Shown here piece after piece: positions 52,661-64,000 of a stretch of DNA of 64,000 nucleotides. The DNA comes from Gammaproteobacteria bacterium. GTDB lineage: Bacteria; Pseudomonadota; Gammaproteobacteria; Eutrophobiales; Eutrophobiaceae. Position numbers and translations under genes: made by a program. Position 1 is the first letter of the stretch. Every line of letters starts with the position of its first letter. The notes beneath the pieces are model-generated. The model searched no databases and was not told where the DNA came from. It saw only the letters and a list, made by a program, of their open reading frames with translations. The stretch lies in NCBI GenBank assembly GCA_965261775.1, contig OZ253477.1, forward strand, positions 526,407-590,406, read 5' to 3'.

Positions 52661-52852
52661 AAATTCCGCTTAATGACCCAGCTCTTTTTGCAAGAGGTCT
52701 GTCTGTGTTGATAAAAGCATTGTTCGGAGCTTTTTCACACTTTCCAGCAGACAAATCCACTTTCCACCGGGCAAAAGAAAGCGGGCGCAATTGCATTGTG
52801 AATGATACCAACGCCTGAACCCTATATTATCCGAAGCTAAAAAGTATTGCGG

Positions 52853-54961
<2,109 letters not shown>

Positions 54962-57900
54962 TTAAGCCGTCGCCGCCATCCCCACAACCTTGTCAACATC
55001 CACCGAAACCAGACGTGACACACCAGCTTCGTGCATTGTGACACCCAGTAGCTGTTGCGCAATCTCCATTGTGATTTTGTTATGCGTTACAAAAATGAAC
55101 TGGGTTTCAGCGGACATCAATGTCAGTAATTCCCCAAAGCGTTCCACATTTTCATCATCAAGCGGGGCATCCACTTCATCAAGGAGGCAAAACGGCGCCG
55201 GATTGAGCTTGAATATCGAAAATATCAGCGCAACTGCCGTCAATGCCTTTTCTCCTCCAGATAATAGATGGATATTGCTGTTCTTCTTCCCCGGCGGACG
55301 CGCCATGACGGCGACACCTGTCTGTAATAAATCGCTGTCCGTCAGTTCCAGACTAGCGTGCCCACCGCCGAAGAGTTTTGGAAACAGGCCTTTTATGCCG
55401 TCGTTCAACGCATCAAAGGTCGTCTTAAAGCGTGTTCGCGTTTCCCGGTCAATCTTGCGTATTGCATCTTCAAGAGTCGTCAACGCACCAAGCAGATCAT
55501 TATATTGATTATCCAAATAAAGCTTTCGAGTGACGCCCTGCTCATACTCGTCAATCGCCGCCAGATTAATAGGTCCCAAGCGCTGAATCTTGCGTGCAAC
55601 AGACTCTACTTTATCGGCCCACCCCTCCTGTCCGGCCACCGCATCCAGCGCCGCCAGCATTTCCTCCGGGTTTCTGTCAAACGCACTTGACTGCTCTTCC
55701 AGGCTCTTAAGTTTAACCTGACAACCATTCACCTCCAGTCGCGACTTTTCAAGCCCGACGCGAAGACCTTCAAGCGATTGTTCAAGTTTATGTCTGTACT
55801 GCTCCAAATCGCGTATCACCGTTTCAATATTCTGGACCCGGGTTTTCGCCTCGGTCAGTTTCTGCTCTACCGCTACCTTGTCCTGTAAAAAGGTTTGTTG
55901 TTCTTTTTCCATCTTTTCAATCGGCGCCCGATTTTCGGCAAGGTTCTTTTCCAAAACTGACCGGCGCGTTTGCAATTCCGAAAGTTGTACGTCACTTCGC
56001 TTGATCGCCTGTTCACAAATGGCGAGACGGGAATTGTATGATTCCAGTGTCAAACTAATTTCATGGCTGCTCTCATGTGCACTTTTCCAGTTCAACCTGG
56101 ACGAATTCAGCGATTCACGATGCTTCTCTTTTCCCCGCGACAACTCTTCGCGTTGTTGTTCCAGACCGAGCCTTTCTTTTTCCATTCTGTCAAGACGTTC
56201 CCGAACGAGCTTGATTTCATGTCTATCCTCCTCTTCCTGTTCCCAGTTTGATTCCAGTTCTTCAAGCTGTTGCTGGTGCCGAATGGAAGATTGCTGCAAC
56301 TCCGCCTGTGTGGCCCCCATATCTGCACGTATATCCGAAATGGTACGTAATTGCTTATTAACCTCCGCCTGATGTCTATGCAGGGATGTTTCGCTCTGTT
56401 CAAGGTCTTCCTCAGCCAGCTTAGACGCATCCTCATATTCCCTGATCTGTCCGTTGTATTTCTTGATATCCGCAGTCAATACACTGATTTCATGTTCATG
56501 GCTTAATATGCTGTCGCCATCGTCCGTATTATTGACGATGATCCAGTTGCGATTTAACCAAATACCCTGCCGAGTCACGACGCTTTCATCCGACGACAGA
56601 TCGGAAAGAATAGCCGTCGCTTCAACCAACGATTCGGCCAGATAGACGGTCTCCAGTAAAAACGGCACACGGATGTCGGTTGTGATTTCGTCAACCAGGC
56701 GCGGATAATTTTTAATGTCAGTCAGAACAGGCTGATTTGCTTTGCTGACCAGGCCGAATTTTCCAGGTGCTTTATCAAGCACGTCCAGATAATGACACGG
56801 ATTATCCACACACAGATGATGTAACTGTGATTGAATCACCGTTTCCAGCGCATGTGTCCATTTCGGATTGATCTTCAAGACCTGGACCAGACGCGGTTTT
56901 TCATCAAGCGCATTCTCATCCAGCCAAACCTTTAATTCCCGATTGTCTAGCATGAATGATTGTTGCAGGGTTTGCAGGGAGACCAGACGACCTTTTGCGG
57001 ACTGAAACGCCTGTTTGGCCTCATCCATATCCGCAGACAGTCCTTTCAACTTTTGCCGGCAATTAACGACCGTGTATTGCGCCCTTGTACAGTCATTGGC
57101 AAGTGCGGCATGTTTCTTTTCTTCCCCGTCAAGGCGATGCGTTAACATTGCCACCCTGCTCTCCAGATCCGAAGATTCAAACTCCGCTATCTTTTTCTGT
57201 AACCTTTCCCGCTTGCCAAGCAACCCTTCCAAATCAAATTCCAGATGTTCCAGGTGGGTTTTATCCACCTCAATCTGTTGGTCAAACTCGGCCAGGGTAT
57301 TATTTAATTTATCCCATTCGGCCTGCCAGCCCTGCATTGTTTCTTCCGCACGATGTAATGACACATCCGCCTTTTCATTCTTGATGCGGGAATCGCGCAG
57401 AAGCATCTCCAGCTTCTCAAGTTCCTGCCGCAATTCCCGATATGTGACTTTATCCTGTTTCTGCTGTTCCAGAGTGTCTGCATGATTGCGGTTCTGCTGC
57501 TCGATTTCGCGCTCAATTCCCCCGATTGTTTCCCGGATATGCTGCAATTTTTGCTCATAACGGGAAATATCGCCACCTACTTTGTAATAATCGGACTGCA
57601 CGTCGTTGAAATGTCGATTTGCTTCGACGAGTTCCCCACGCCGTTTTTCAATATCTGCTTCCGTTGCGCGGAATTTCGCCATGGCGGCTTCAACCGCATT
57701 CTCCCGTTCCCCTGCCGTTCTTTCCAAACCCGTCATCTCCTCACGCAGATCGCGCCATTGCAAGGCAAGTAATTCCGATTGCAAGCGGCGTTCTTCCTCT
57801 TTCAATGTCTTGTAGCGTTTTGCCGCTTCAGCCTGGCCCCGCAGATGGTTAAGCTGTTTTTCCAATTCGCCGCGGATGTCGGTCAAACGCTCAATGTTTT

Positions 57901-58465
57901 CGCGGGCGTGTTTAATCCGGTTTTCCGTCTCTCTTCGACGCTCGCGATATTTTGATATCCCTGCCGCTTCCTCAATGAAGACACGAAGTTCCTCCGGTTT
58001 AGCTTCAATCAGGCGGGAGATCATACCCTGTTCAATGATGGCGTAACTTCTAGGGCCGATCCCGGTGCCCAGAAAAACAGAAACGATATCGCGACGACGA
58101 CAGCGCACGCCATTTAAATAATAGGTGGAAATACTGTCACGGTTAATCTCGCGCTTGATTGATAATTCATTATAGCTGGCATATTGACCACCTAGTTTTT
58201 TCTCTGCGTTGTCAAATACCAGTTCCACTGAGGCTTGGGCAACGGGTTGGCGGGCACTTGAACCGTTGAAAATCACATCGGTCATGGACTCTCCTCGTAG
58301 ATGTTTGGCTGAACTTTCGCCCATAACCCAAGTGACGGCGTCAATAATATTGGACTTGCCACATCCGTTCGGCCCGACAATCCCGACAAGATCACCAGAG
58401 AAGGCTAAATTGCTCGGGTCAACAAATGACTTAAACCCTGAAAGTTTTATATTGCATAACCGCAT
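54962..58465 (-). CDS. smc: Chromosome segregation protein SMC (start 58465)
   Basis: GFKSF, GPNGCGKSN, long coiled coils, LSGGEK, LLDEVDAPLD. Confidence 0.97.
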   Translation of the reverse strand: MRLCNIKLSGFKSFVDPSNLAFSGDLVGIVGPNGCGKSNIIDAVTWVMGESSAKHLRGESMTDVIFNGSSARQPVAQASVELVFDNAEKKLGGQYASYNELSIKREINRDSISTYYLNGVRCRRRDIVSVFLGTGIGPRSYAIIEQGMISRLIEAKPEELRVFIEEAAGISKYRERRRETENRIKHARENIERLTDIRGELEKQLNHLRGQAEAAKRYKTLKEEERRLQSELLALQWRDLREEMTGLERTAGERENAVEAAMAKFRATEADIEKRRGELVEANRHFNDVQSDYYKVGGDISRYEQKLQHIRETIGGIEREIEQQNRNHADTLEQQKQDKVTYRELRQELEKLEMLLRDSRIKNEKADVSLHRAEETMQGWQAEWDKLNNTLAEFDQQIEVDKTHLEHLEFDLEGLLGKRERLQKKIAEFESSDLESRVAMLTHRLDGEEKKHAALANDCTRAQYTVVNCRQKLKGLSADMDEAKQAFQSAKGRLVSLQTLQQSFMLDNRELKVWLDENALDEKPRLVQVLKINPKWTHALETVIQSQLHHLCVDNPCHYLDVLDKAPGKFGLVSKANQPVLTDIKNYPRLVDEITTDIRVPFLLETVYLAESLVEATAILSDLSSDESVVTRQGIWLNRNWIIVNNTDDGDSILSHEHEISVLTADIKKYNGQIREYEDASKLAEEDLEQSETSLHRHQAEVNKQLRTISDIRADMGATQAELQQSSIRHQQQLEELESNWEQEEEDRHEIKLVRERLDRMEKERLGLEQQREELSRGKEKHRESLNSSRLNWKSAHESSHEISLTLESYNSRLAICEQAIKRSDVQLSELQTRRSVLEKNLAENRAPIEKMEKEQQTFLQDKVAVEQKLTEAKTRVQNIETVIRDLEQYRHKLEQSLEGLRVGLEKSRLEVNGCQVKLKSLEEQSSAFDRNPEEMLAALDAVAGQEGWADKVESVARKIQRLGPINLAAIDEYEQGVTRKLYLDNQYNDLLGALTTLEDAIRKIDRETRTRFKTTFDALNDGIKGLFPKLFGGGHASLELTDSDLLQTGVAVMARPPGKKNSNIHLLSGGEKALTAVALIFSIFKLNPAPFCLLDEVDAPLDDENVERFGELLTLMSAETQFIFVTHNKITMEIAQQLLGVTMHEAGVSRLVSVDVDKVVGMAATA

Positions 58466-58645
58466 GGCACTGTACGATACCTGATAAGTCGTCTGTGACA
58501 CAAGTGACGATCACCTGTACTCAGGTGACCTTTGACTTGTCTATTTGATTTATTTTGTTATACGCGTTTATGGCCTGCCATATTCCGTTGAAAACATTGG
58601 CAGTGCAATGTGTTATTGTTATATCTATTTTAATTTCGAGAAAAA

Positions 58646-59053
58646 ATGAAAGCCCCGACTATAAAGACCCTTGCAACATTTCCGAACCCAAATCCCGAAC
58701 GGGATTTTACAGTACATATCAATATCCCTGAGTTCACCTGTTTATGCCCCAAAACGGGCCAACCGGACTTCGCCACATTGGAACTTGATTATGTCCCCGA
58801 TGAGATCTGCGTGGAATTAAAATCATTGAAATTGTACATCTGGTCATACCGGGATCAAGGGGTTTTCCATGAAGCGGTAACGAACCGGATTCTAGACGAT
58901 CTAGTCACAGTGACGCAACCGCGATTCATGCGACTGCGGTCAATATTCAATGTCCGTGGCGGACTTTATACTCAAGTAACCACTGAACACAGCAAAGCTG
59001 GATGGCGTCCGCAAGAACCAGTCATGCTTAACCCGAACATTACGACTTCGTAA
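58646..59053 (+). CDS. queF: NADPH-dependent preQ0 reductase QueF (single-domain type)
   Basis: [31 protein letters not shown]. Confidence 0.95.
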   Translation: MKAPTIKTLATFPNPNPERDFTVHINIPEFTCLCPKTGQPDFATLELDYVPDEICVELKSLKLYIWSYRDQGVFHEAVTNRILDDLVTVTQPRFMRLRSIFNVRGGLYTQVTTEHSKAGWRPQEPVMLNPNITTS

Positions 59054-59130
59054 ATTAAACGGGCACCTTGAAGGTGCCGAATTCACGGTGGGCAAATTTC
59101 AACTGCTGCTGAAACTCGACATCTGCCTTT

Positions 59131-59242
59131 CAGGTGTTTTTTTTTTCAGGTAATAACAACGCAGACCAGCCTCAAAACGGAAAATTGTATTGGGTTTCGG
59201 GGCCGGTGTGATGCTCATGACATCACGATGCCGGTGGCGGTA
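59131..59242 (+). pseudogene. Possible ZIP/ZupT metal transporter remnant
   Basis: In-frame LGFGAGVMLMTS at 59190-59225 flanked by stop codons. Confidence 0.4.
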
Positions 59243-59356
59243 ATCGGTGCCACAAAAATGTATTTGTCGCATTTCAAAATGAACGCCCCAAATCTTGAAC
59301 ATTAAGAATTGTACAGTGTACATCTTTCGGGTATAAAGGCGTATTATTTTACCGGT

Positions 59357-60082
59357 ATGAGTGCTATGCCAATTGAAATGAAAACGAAAAAGAAAACCGT
59401 CGCCAAAAAGAAAGCGTCCGTGACAACGAAAAAGAAAACCGCTGCCAAAAAGAAAGCGTCCGTGACAGCGAAAAAGAAAACCGCTGCCAAAAAGAAAGCG
59501 TCCGTGGCAACAAAAAAGAAAAGGACCCTAAGGAAAAAGACCGGAAAAGCGGCCATCCAGAAAAAAGCTGCCCCGGCAATGAAAAAGAAAACTGCTGTCG
59601 GGAAGAAGGCCAACGTGAAACAAACAGCGAAAAAGGCAGTCCGACGCAAGATCGTCAAGAAAAAACCGCTACCCTATCAAAGGGAGAAGAACGAAGAATA
59701 TATGAATTCAGCTCAACTTGAGCATTTTCGACAGATCCTGCTAGATTGGAAGAGAGAACTGATAGAAGGCGTTGAGCAAACTGTTATGCATATGAAGGAA
59801 GAAGCTTCTAATTTTGCCGATCCTGCTGATCGAGCGACACAGGAAGAGGAATTTGGTCTAGAACTCAGAACGCGTGATCGTGAACGCAAATTGTTGAAAA
59901 AAATTAATGCCGCTTTATTACGTATTGAAGATGGCAGCTATGGTTATTGTGAGGAAACAGGCGAAGAGATCGGTATTCGCAGGCTTGAGGCGAGACCAGT
60001 CGCAACATTATGCCTTGAAGCACAACAACGTCGTGAAATGGCAAAAAAGCAATTTCGCGATCTGGAAGATCACGATCGGTAA
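59357..60082 (+). CDS. dksA: DksA with Lys/Ala-rich N-terminal extension and 2-Cys (CxxT...CxxA) motif; start uncertain (59357-59378)
   Basis: EEYMN..QL.HF, DPADRATQEEE, RDRERKL, YGYCEETGEEIG..RLEARP.ATLCLEAQ. Confidence 0.93.
   Translation: MSAMPIEMKTKKKTVAKKKASVTTKKKTAAKKKASVTAKKKTAAKKKASVATKKKRTLRKKTGKAAIQKKAAPAMKKKTAVGKKANVKQTAKKAVRRKIVKKKPLPYQREKNEEYMNSAQLEHFRQILLDWKRELIEGVEQTVMHMKEEASNFADPADRATQEEEFGLELRTRDRERKLLKKINAALLRIEDGSYGYCEETGEEIGIRRLEARPVATLCLEAQQRREMAKKQFRDLEDHDR
59387..59521 (+). repeat. 42-bp tandem repeat x3.2 encoding KKKT(V/A)AKKKASV(T/A)(T/A)
   Basis: Near-identical units start at 59387, 59429 and 59471. Confidence 0.93.
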
Positions 60083-60094
60083 TACTGGAAATAG

Positions 60095-61207
60095 TTAATT
60101 GAGGCGTGAATAGAGTTTGCATCTTTGCAGATAGGCTTCTCTCGCGATCCGCATGTCTTCAATAAAGGCTTCCAGTTTATCCATTGTCAATGCCTGTGGC
60201 CCGTCAACCAGTGCCTTTGCGGGATTCGGGTGAAAATCAACCAATACCATATTAGCACCGACAATCACGCCTTGGGCCGCGGCATGTATTACATCCAGTA
60301 TGCCCTCAGGTCCGGATTCGTGAGATCCCACTGAGTGGGACGGGTCAATACAGACCGGCATGTGCGTCAGACGTTTCACGACCGGTACATGGGCAAAATC
60401 GACAAGATTACGATGCGGGTCGCCCATATTCGTTTTCATTCCCCGCAAACAGAATATGACATCATGATTACCTTCACTTGCCAGATATTCGGCAGCGTTC
60501 AGAGATTCTTCAAGCGTGATGCCAAATCCCCGTTTAATTAGTACCGGAAACTGACACTGCCGACCGACTCCCTTCAGCAATTCAAAATTCTGCGTATTGC
60601 GTGTTCCAATCTGTAGCATGATACCAGTGGGATTGCCAGCTTCTTCCAACGCCTGGCTAATTTCGCTGATATGGGCATCGTGCGTAATTTCCATTGCGAT
60701 CACCTTGATACCGTATTTACCCGCCGACTCAAACACATACGGCAAACACGATTTTCCATGACCCTGAAACGAGTAAGGATTTGTGCGCGGTTTGTAAGCC
60801 CCCATGCGGGTGCAATTCAGGCCAAGTTCACTGACTCCCCGCATCATGGTTTCAACATGTTCGGGCGTATCCACCGCACAAAGCCCCGCAAAAATATGAA
60901 ATTCATCCTGGCTGAAACGCACACCATTATAATCAAAATAATTATCCCGTGTATCCTCTTTATGCCGACCAAGTACTCGATACTCACGCGACACCCGAAA
61001 TACATGCTCAACAATAGGAAAGGTGCTTATATAAGCGGCATCCAGCGACAGCGTATTACCAATAAGATACAATTCAGTCAGGCGTTGCTGGATACCGGTT
61101 TCATCGTGCGTCCGTATCGTAATATTTGGTAAACTGCTCAGATATTTGAACAGATCTTTAAATTCAGTACTGTTTTTATCTGCATTTGGCCTTAAAATTA
61201 TGATCAT
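60095..61207 (-). CDS. aroF: DAHP synthase type I-beta with N-terminal regulatory domain
   Basis: AGLCAV, GAYKPRTNPYSFQG, QIGTRN, KRG, DPSH. Confidence 0.9.
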   Translation of the reverse strand: MIIILRPNADKNSTEFKDLFKYLSSLPNITIRTHDETGIQQRLTELYLIGNTLSLDAAYISTFPIVEHVFRVSREYRVLGRHKEDTRDNYFDYNGVRFSQDEFHIFAGLCAVDTPEHVETMMRGVSELGLNCTRMGAYKPRTNPYSFQGHGKSCLPYVFESAGKYGIKVIAMEITHDAHISEISQALEEAGNPTGIMLQIGTRNTQNFELLKGVGRQCQFPVLIKRGFGITLEESLNAAEYLASEGNHDVIFCLRGMKTNMGDPHRNLVDFAHVPVVKRLTHMPVCIDPSHSVGSHESGPEGILDVIHAAAQGVIVGANMVLVDFHPNPAKALVDGPQALTMDKLEAFIEDMRIAREAYLQRCKLYSRLN

Positions 61208-61244
61208 CGTAAAAATCTTCTTTTATAGTTGACGGAACAATATT

Positions 61245-61910
61245 ATGAATACGGTTGATAAGCATAAACTATTCCTGCTCTGTTTTTTAGTCTCCATTAT
61301 CATAAATCCCTCTATCTACGCTCTTGAAAAAATAAAGGTCAACGGATTATTCAAGGACATGGCCGTTGTAACCGTTGACGGAAAACAACACGTATTGAAA
61401 AAAGGCGTGCGCGGTGTCAAGGGGATATTATTAATTGAAGGAAACAGCAAAGAAGCTATCTTTGAGATAGACGGTCAACAAAAAACCTATACTCTGGACA
61501 CCGGGATAGGCAACAATTTTGCGAAACCTGAAACAGGGGAAAAACTGACTATCACTCAGGACCCCCGCGGCATGTTTAATATCAACGGCTCCATCAACGG
61601 CTTCTCCGTTCCCTTCCTCGTGGATACGGGCGCGACATTCGTCTCCATGAACGGCATCACAGCTAAACGACTCGGCATTGACTATAAACTTGAGGGGCAA
61701 AAAAGCTCTGCCTACACGGCTTCCGGTATCAGTGACGTTTATCTTGTCAATCTCAAGCGGGTTAGAATCGGCGATATTGAACTGCATAATGTGCAAGGCT
61801 CTGTCCATGACGGCAGTTTTCCGGTAGAGACATTGCTTGGCATGTCCTTTCTGAAAAGGCTCCAAATGAAGCGGGAAGGACGTGTACTGAATCTTGAAAA
61901 AAAATACTGA
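61245..61910 (+). CDS. Clan AA aspartic protease (TIGR02281-like), exported
   Basis: Signal peptide, FLVDTGAT, LLGMSFL. Confidence 0.9.
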   Translation: MNTVDKHKLFLLCFLVSIIINPSIYALEKIKVNGLFKDMAVVTVDGKQHVLKKGVRGVKGILLIEGNSKEAIFEIDGQQKTYTLDTGIGNNFAKPETGEKLTITQDPRGMFNINGSINGFSVPFLVDTGATFVSMNGITAKRLGIDYKLEGQKSSAYTASGISDVYLVNLKRVRIGDIELHNVQGSVHDGSFPVETLLGMSFLKRLQMKREGRVLNLEKKY

Positions 61911-61932
61911 GCCCCGTTCAGACAAAGTGCTT

Positions 61933-62478
61933 TTACCGTTTATTATCCCAAAGGATATCCCGACCGCCCTGCTCCCGGTTCAGATACCGCGCTATCACAA
62001 AGAGCAAATCCGATAGCCGATTGATATAACACCGGGTCTGCAGATTGATGTCTTCGTTACGCCCCAGTAATACCAGAGTGCGCTCCATCCTACGGCAAAC
62101 ACTCCTGGCCAGGTGGCAGAGAGCGGCAGAACTGGACCCACCGGGCAATATAAATTCTCTCAGCGCAGGTAAGGTACTGTTATAACCGTCAATCAATGCT
62201 TCAAGCTGCTCCACACAACCCGGGTCAATGATGACGCTGCCCGGCATCGCTAGTTCACTGCCAATATCAAGCAAACGATGTTGTATATCAAGCAAACAAC
62301 GCGAAATATCTTCGGGTACGCCATTTGCCTCAAGCACACCGATCAGGCTGTTCAACTCATCAATACTGCCGAGCACTTCAATACGTCGACTTGATTTCTC
62401 AATACGTCCGCCGGTGGCAAGCGCAGTCGTACCCTTATCACCAGTGCGTGTGTATAAACGGCTCGGTCCGCTGCCCAT
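61933..62478 (-). CDS. Cob(I)alamin adenosyltransferase, PduO type
   Basis: YTRTGDKGTT, GSIDELNS, FILPGG, ARSVCRR.ER, NRLSDLLF. Confidence 0.95.
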   Translation of the reverse strand: MGSGPSRLYTRTGDKGTTALATGGRIEKSSRRIEVLGSIDELNSLIGVLEANGVPEDISRCLLDIQHRLLDIGSELAMPGSVIIDPGCVEQLEALIDGYNSTLPALREFILPGGSSSAALCHLARSVCRRMERTLVLLGRNEDINLQTRCYINRLSDLLFVIARYLNREQGGRDILWDNKR

Positions 62479-62479
62479 C

Positions 62480-63406
62480 TCAATCAGACCCGTAATTTAT
62501 AACAGGTACCGACCTGTCTGGCAAATGATGAACATCGGGACAAAAGACATGCGCCATCATTTCCAATCCATCGATCAACCTTGGCCCGGGGCGACTGAAA
62601 TACGCGTTGCCATCCATCACATATACTTTCTCCTTTCTAACGGCATTCAATTCAACCCAGCCTTCTTTGGCGGCAAGTATCGGCATATCAACAAGTGTTC
62701 TTTTCAAGTCATAACCACAACAGGCGATAAACAGAACATCTGGATCAACACCAACAACAGCATCCCAACTCAACGTCGTTGACGGTTCACGTTTATGGCC
62801 TAATAAACTGACACCGCCAGCATATTCTATCAACTCGGGGGTCCAGTGCCCGGCATTAAACAGCGGGTCAATCCATTCCAGAAACACCACGCCCGGACGT
62901 GCTTCGACCGCACTGTATTTCTCTGTTCGTTCAATCACTTTATCGGCACGTACTTTTAATTGTTGCATGGCCTCCGTCGCCTGCGTTTCAAACCCTGTTG
63001 CCTCACCGATAAGCAGGAAGGTATCAAACACATCCTGCAGACTCATCGGTTGCAGATTAATGATCTGCACATTTCCGGGAAGATAGCGAATTGCCTCCAC
63101 CACTTCATCCTCTGCCACGGCGCAGACCTCGCAAAGCGACTGCGTGATAATAAAATCCGGTTCCAATGCTTTCAACACATCCATATCCAGATGATAAATC
63201 GCCTGCGCCGTGACGAGTTGTTGACGAACGGCCTCATCAATTTGAATACTATCGGCATTTTTGGGGATTAAACTTTTGGTAACGTCAGGCAGGTTTCTGA
63301 CAAATAAGGGATAGTCACACCCATGGCTGACACCGACCAGATATTTTCCCAATCCCGTCTGACAAACAATCTCGGTCGCGCTGGGTAACAGAGACACAAT
63401 TCTCAT
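62480..63406 (-). CDS. Cobalamin/Fe-siderophore-type binding protein (BtuF-like, no signal peptide)
   Basis: MRIVSLLPSATEI, TQSLCEVCAV, EWIDP..AGHW.PE, FSRPGPRL. Confidence 0.82.
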   Translation of the reverse strand: MRIVSLLPSATEIVCQTGLGKYLVGVSHGCDYPLFVRNLPDVTKSLIPKNADSIQIDEAVRQQLVTAQAIYHLDMDVLKALEPDFIITQSLCEVCAVAEDEVVEAIRYLPGNVQIINLQPMSLQDVFDTFLLIGEATGFETQATEAMQQLKVRADKVIERTEKYSAVEARPGVVFLEWIDPLFNAGHWTPELIEYAGGVSLLGHKREPSTTLSWDAVVGVDPDVLFIACCGYDLKRTLVDMPILAAKEGWVELNAVRKEKVYVMDGNAYFSRPGPRLIDGLEMMAHVFCPDVHHLPDRSVPVINYGSD

Positions 63407-63460
63407 ACCAAATCCTTATACAATGGACCCCCTTCCCTCCGCCACGGTCATGTCGGAGCC

Positions 63461-64000
63461 TCAAGCAGGTTGTGTTTCCCCGTCCCGTTTCAGCCAGTAT
63501 CTTCCGGCGTATTCCCAGGAACCGAACAGAATGCCGGCATAAAATAAATCCCCCGCCAGTGTATTGCCGTAGAAAGGTATCGCCCGGACAAAACAAAATA
63601 TCAGACCATCCATCGTCAAAGGATAATACAAGCCCGTGGCCCACAAAGTGAAATTCGACAGCACAAACAGGATCGTTGCCGAGGCAGTAGCGGAGATCCC
63701 TATTCTGATAACAGTGCGTCTTTTGGACAGCGTACAGCGTCCGACAAACGCGCTCAATGCGAAACTGAGATAGACAGACAGCATGATAAAGATATTGTAG
63801 AAGCCAATAAAGAAATCACTGATGAATAAGGCCAGGACAGGGACCAGCCAGGATCGACGGTCGGACAGGTAGGCACCGGCAAAAAGCCCCAGAGCACCAA
63901 TCGGCGCAAAATTCATCGGGTGCGGCAACAGGCGCAAGACAACCGCCAGAATGATCAGGAAATAAAAAAATATCTGTTTTTCAATCAATGATCTGTTCAT
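63461..64000 (-). CDS. DUF6580-like putative membrane transport protein
   Basis: RLLPHPMNFAPIGALGLFAGA, LSNF..W, AIPF..NTL.GD; about six TM helices; start at window edge. Confidence 0.75.
   Translation of the reverse strand: MNRSLIEKQIFFYFLIILAVVLRLLPHPMNFAPIGALGLFAGAYLSDRRSWLVPVLALFISDFFIGFYNIFIMLSVYLSFALSAFVGRCTLSKRRTVIRIGISATASATILFVLSNFTLWATGLYYPLTMDGLIFCFVRAIPFYGNTLAGDLFYAGILFGSWEYAGRYWLKRDGETQPA

Noticed and set aside
52670-52830. Open frame of about 50 codons on the minus strand between ligA and rne
   Set aside because: No good start or RBS and no recognisable motif
58466-58645. preQ1 riboswitch upstream of queF
   Set aside because: Only short inverted repeats (tcacctg/caggtga, ctgcca/tggcag); the preQ1-I consensus and 3' A-tract were not seen

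Overview
Chromosomal window from a gammaproteobacterium of moderate GC; the lineage cannot be determined from sequence alone. Conserved housekeeping blocks: moeA, then rpoE-rseAB-degP-lepAB-rnc-era-recO-pdxJ-prfC and nadB; pntAB; rpmF-plsX-fab-pabC-mltG-tmk-holB-pilZ-tatD; rne/rluC; smc-ligA; queF; dksA; aroF; and a cobalamin-salvage end. Two accessory regions stand out. (1) A tetrahydromethanopterin/methanofuran C1 cluster at 15.5-27.8 kb: mptG-mtdB-orfY-mch-orf5, divergent from fwdD-fwdB-fwdA-ftr-fwdC-7Fe ferredoxin-FprA-type reductase. Unlike the catalytically reduced FhcB of Methylorubrum, its B subunit keeps the 4Fe-4S and Mo/W-ligand motifs, and a D subunit is present. This suggests a true formylmethanofuran dehydrogenase wired to ferredoxin/NADP+. 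(2) A decayed AT-rich islet at the 3' end of tRNA-Ser(TGA). It carries an intact M.EcoRI-family methyltransferase plus a DUF262-HNH nuclease, a triple-frameshifted XRE regulator and a possible recombinase tail. Smaller oddities: a Zn-free DksA with a histone-like 42-bp repeat tail, RNase III with a metal-ligand Asp>Gly, a long hairpin before lepA, ankyrin and ZIP-transporter remnants, and several missing operon members. No CRISPR array or rRNA was seen. All family calls come from motif recognition, not database searches.
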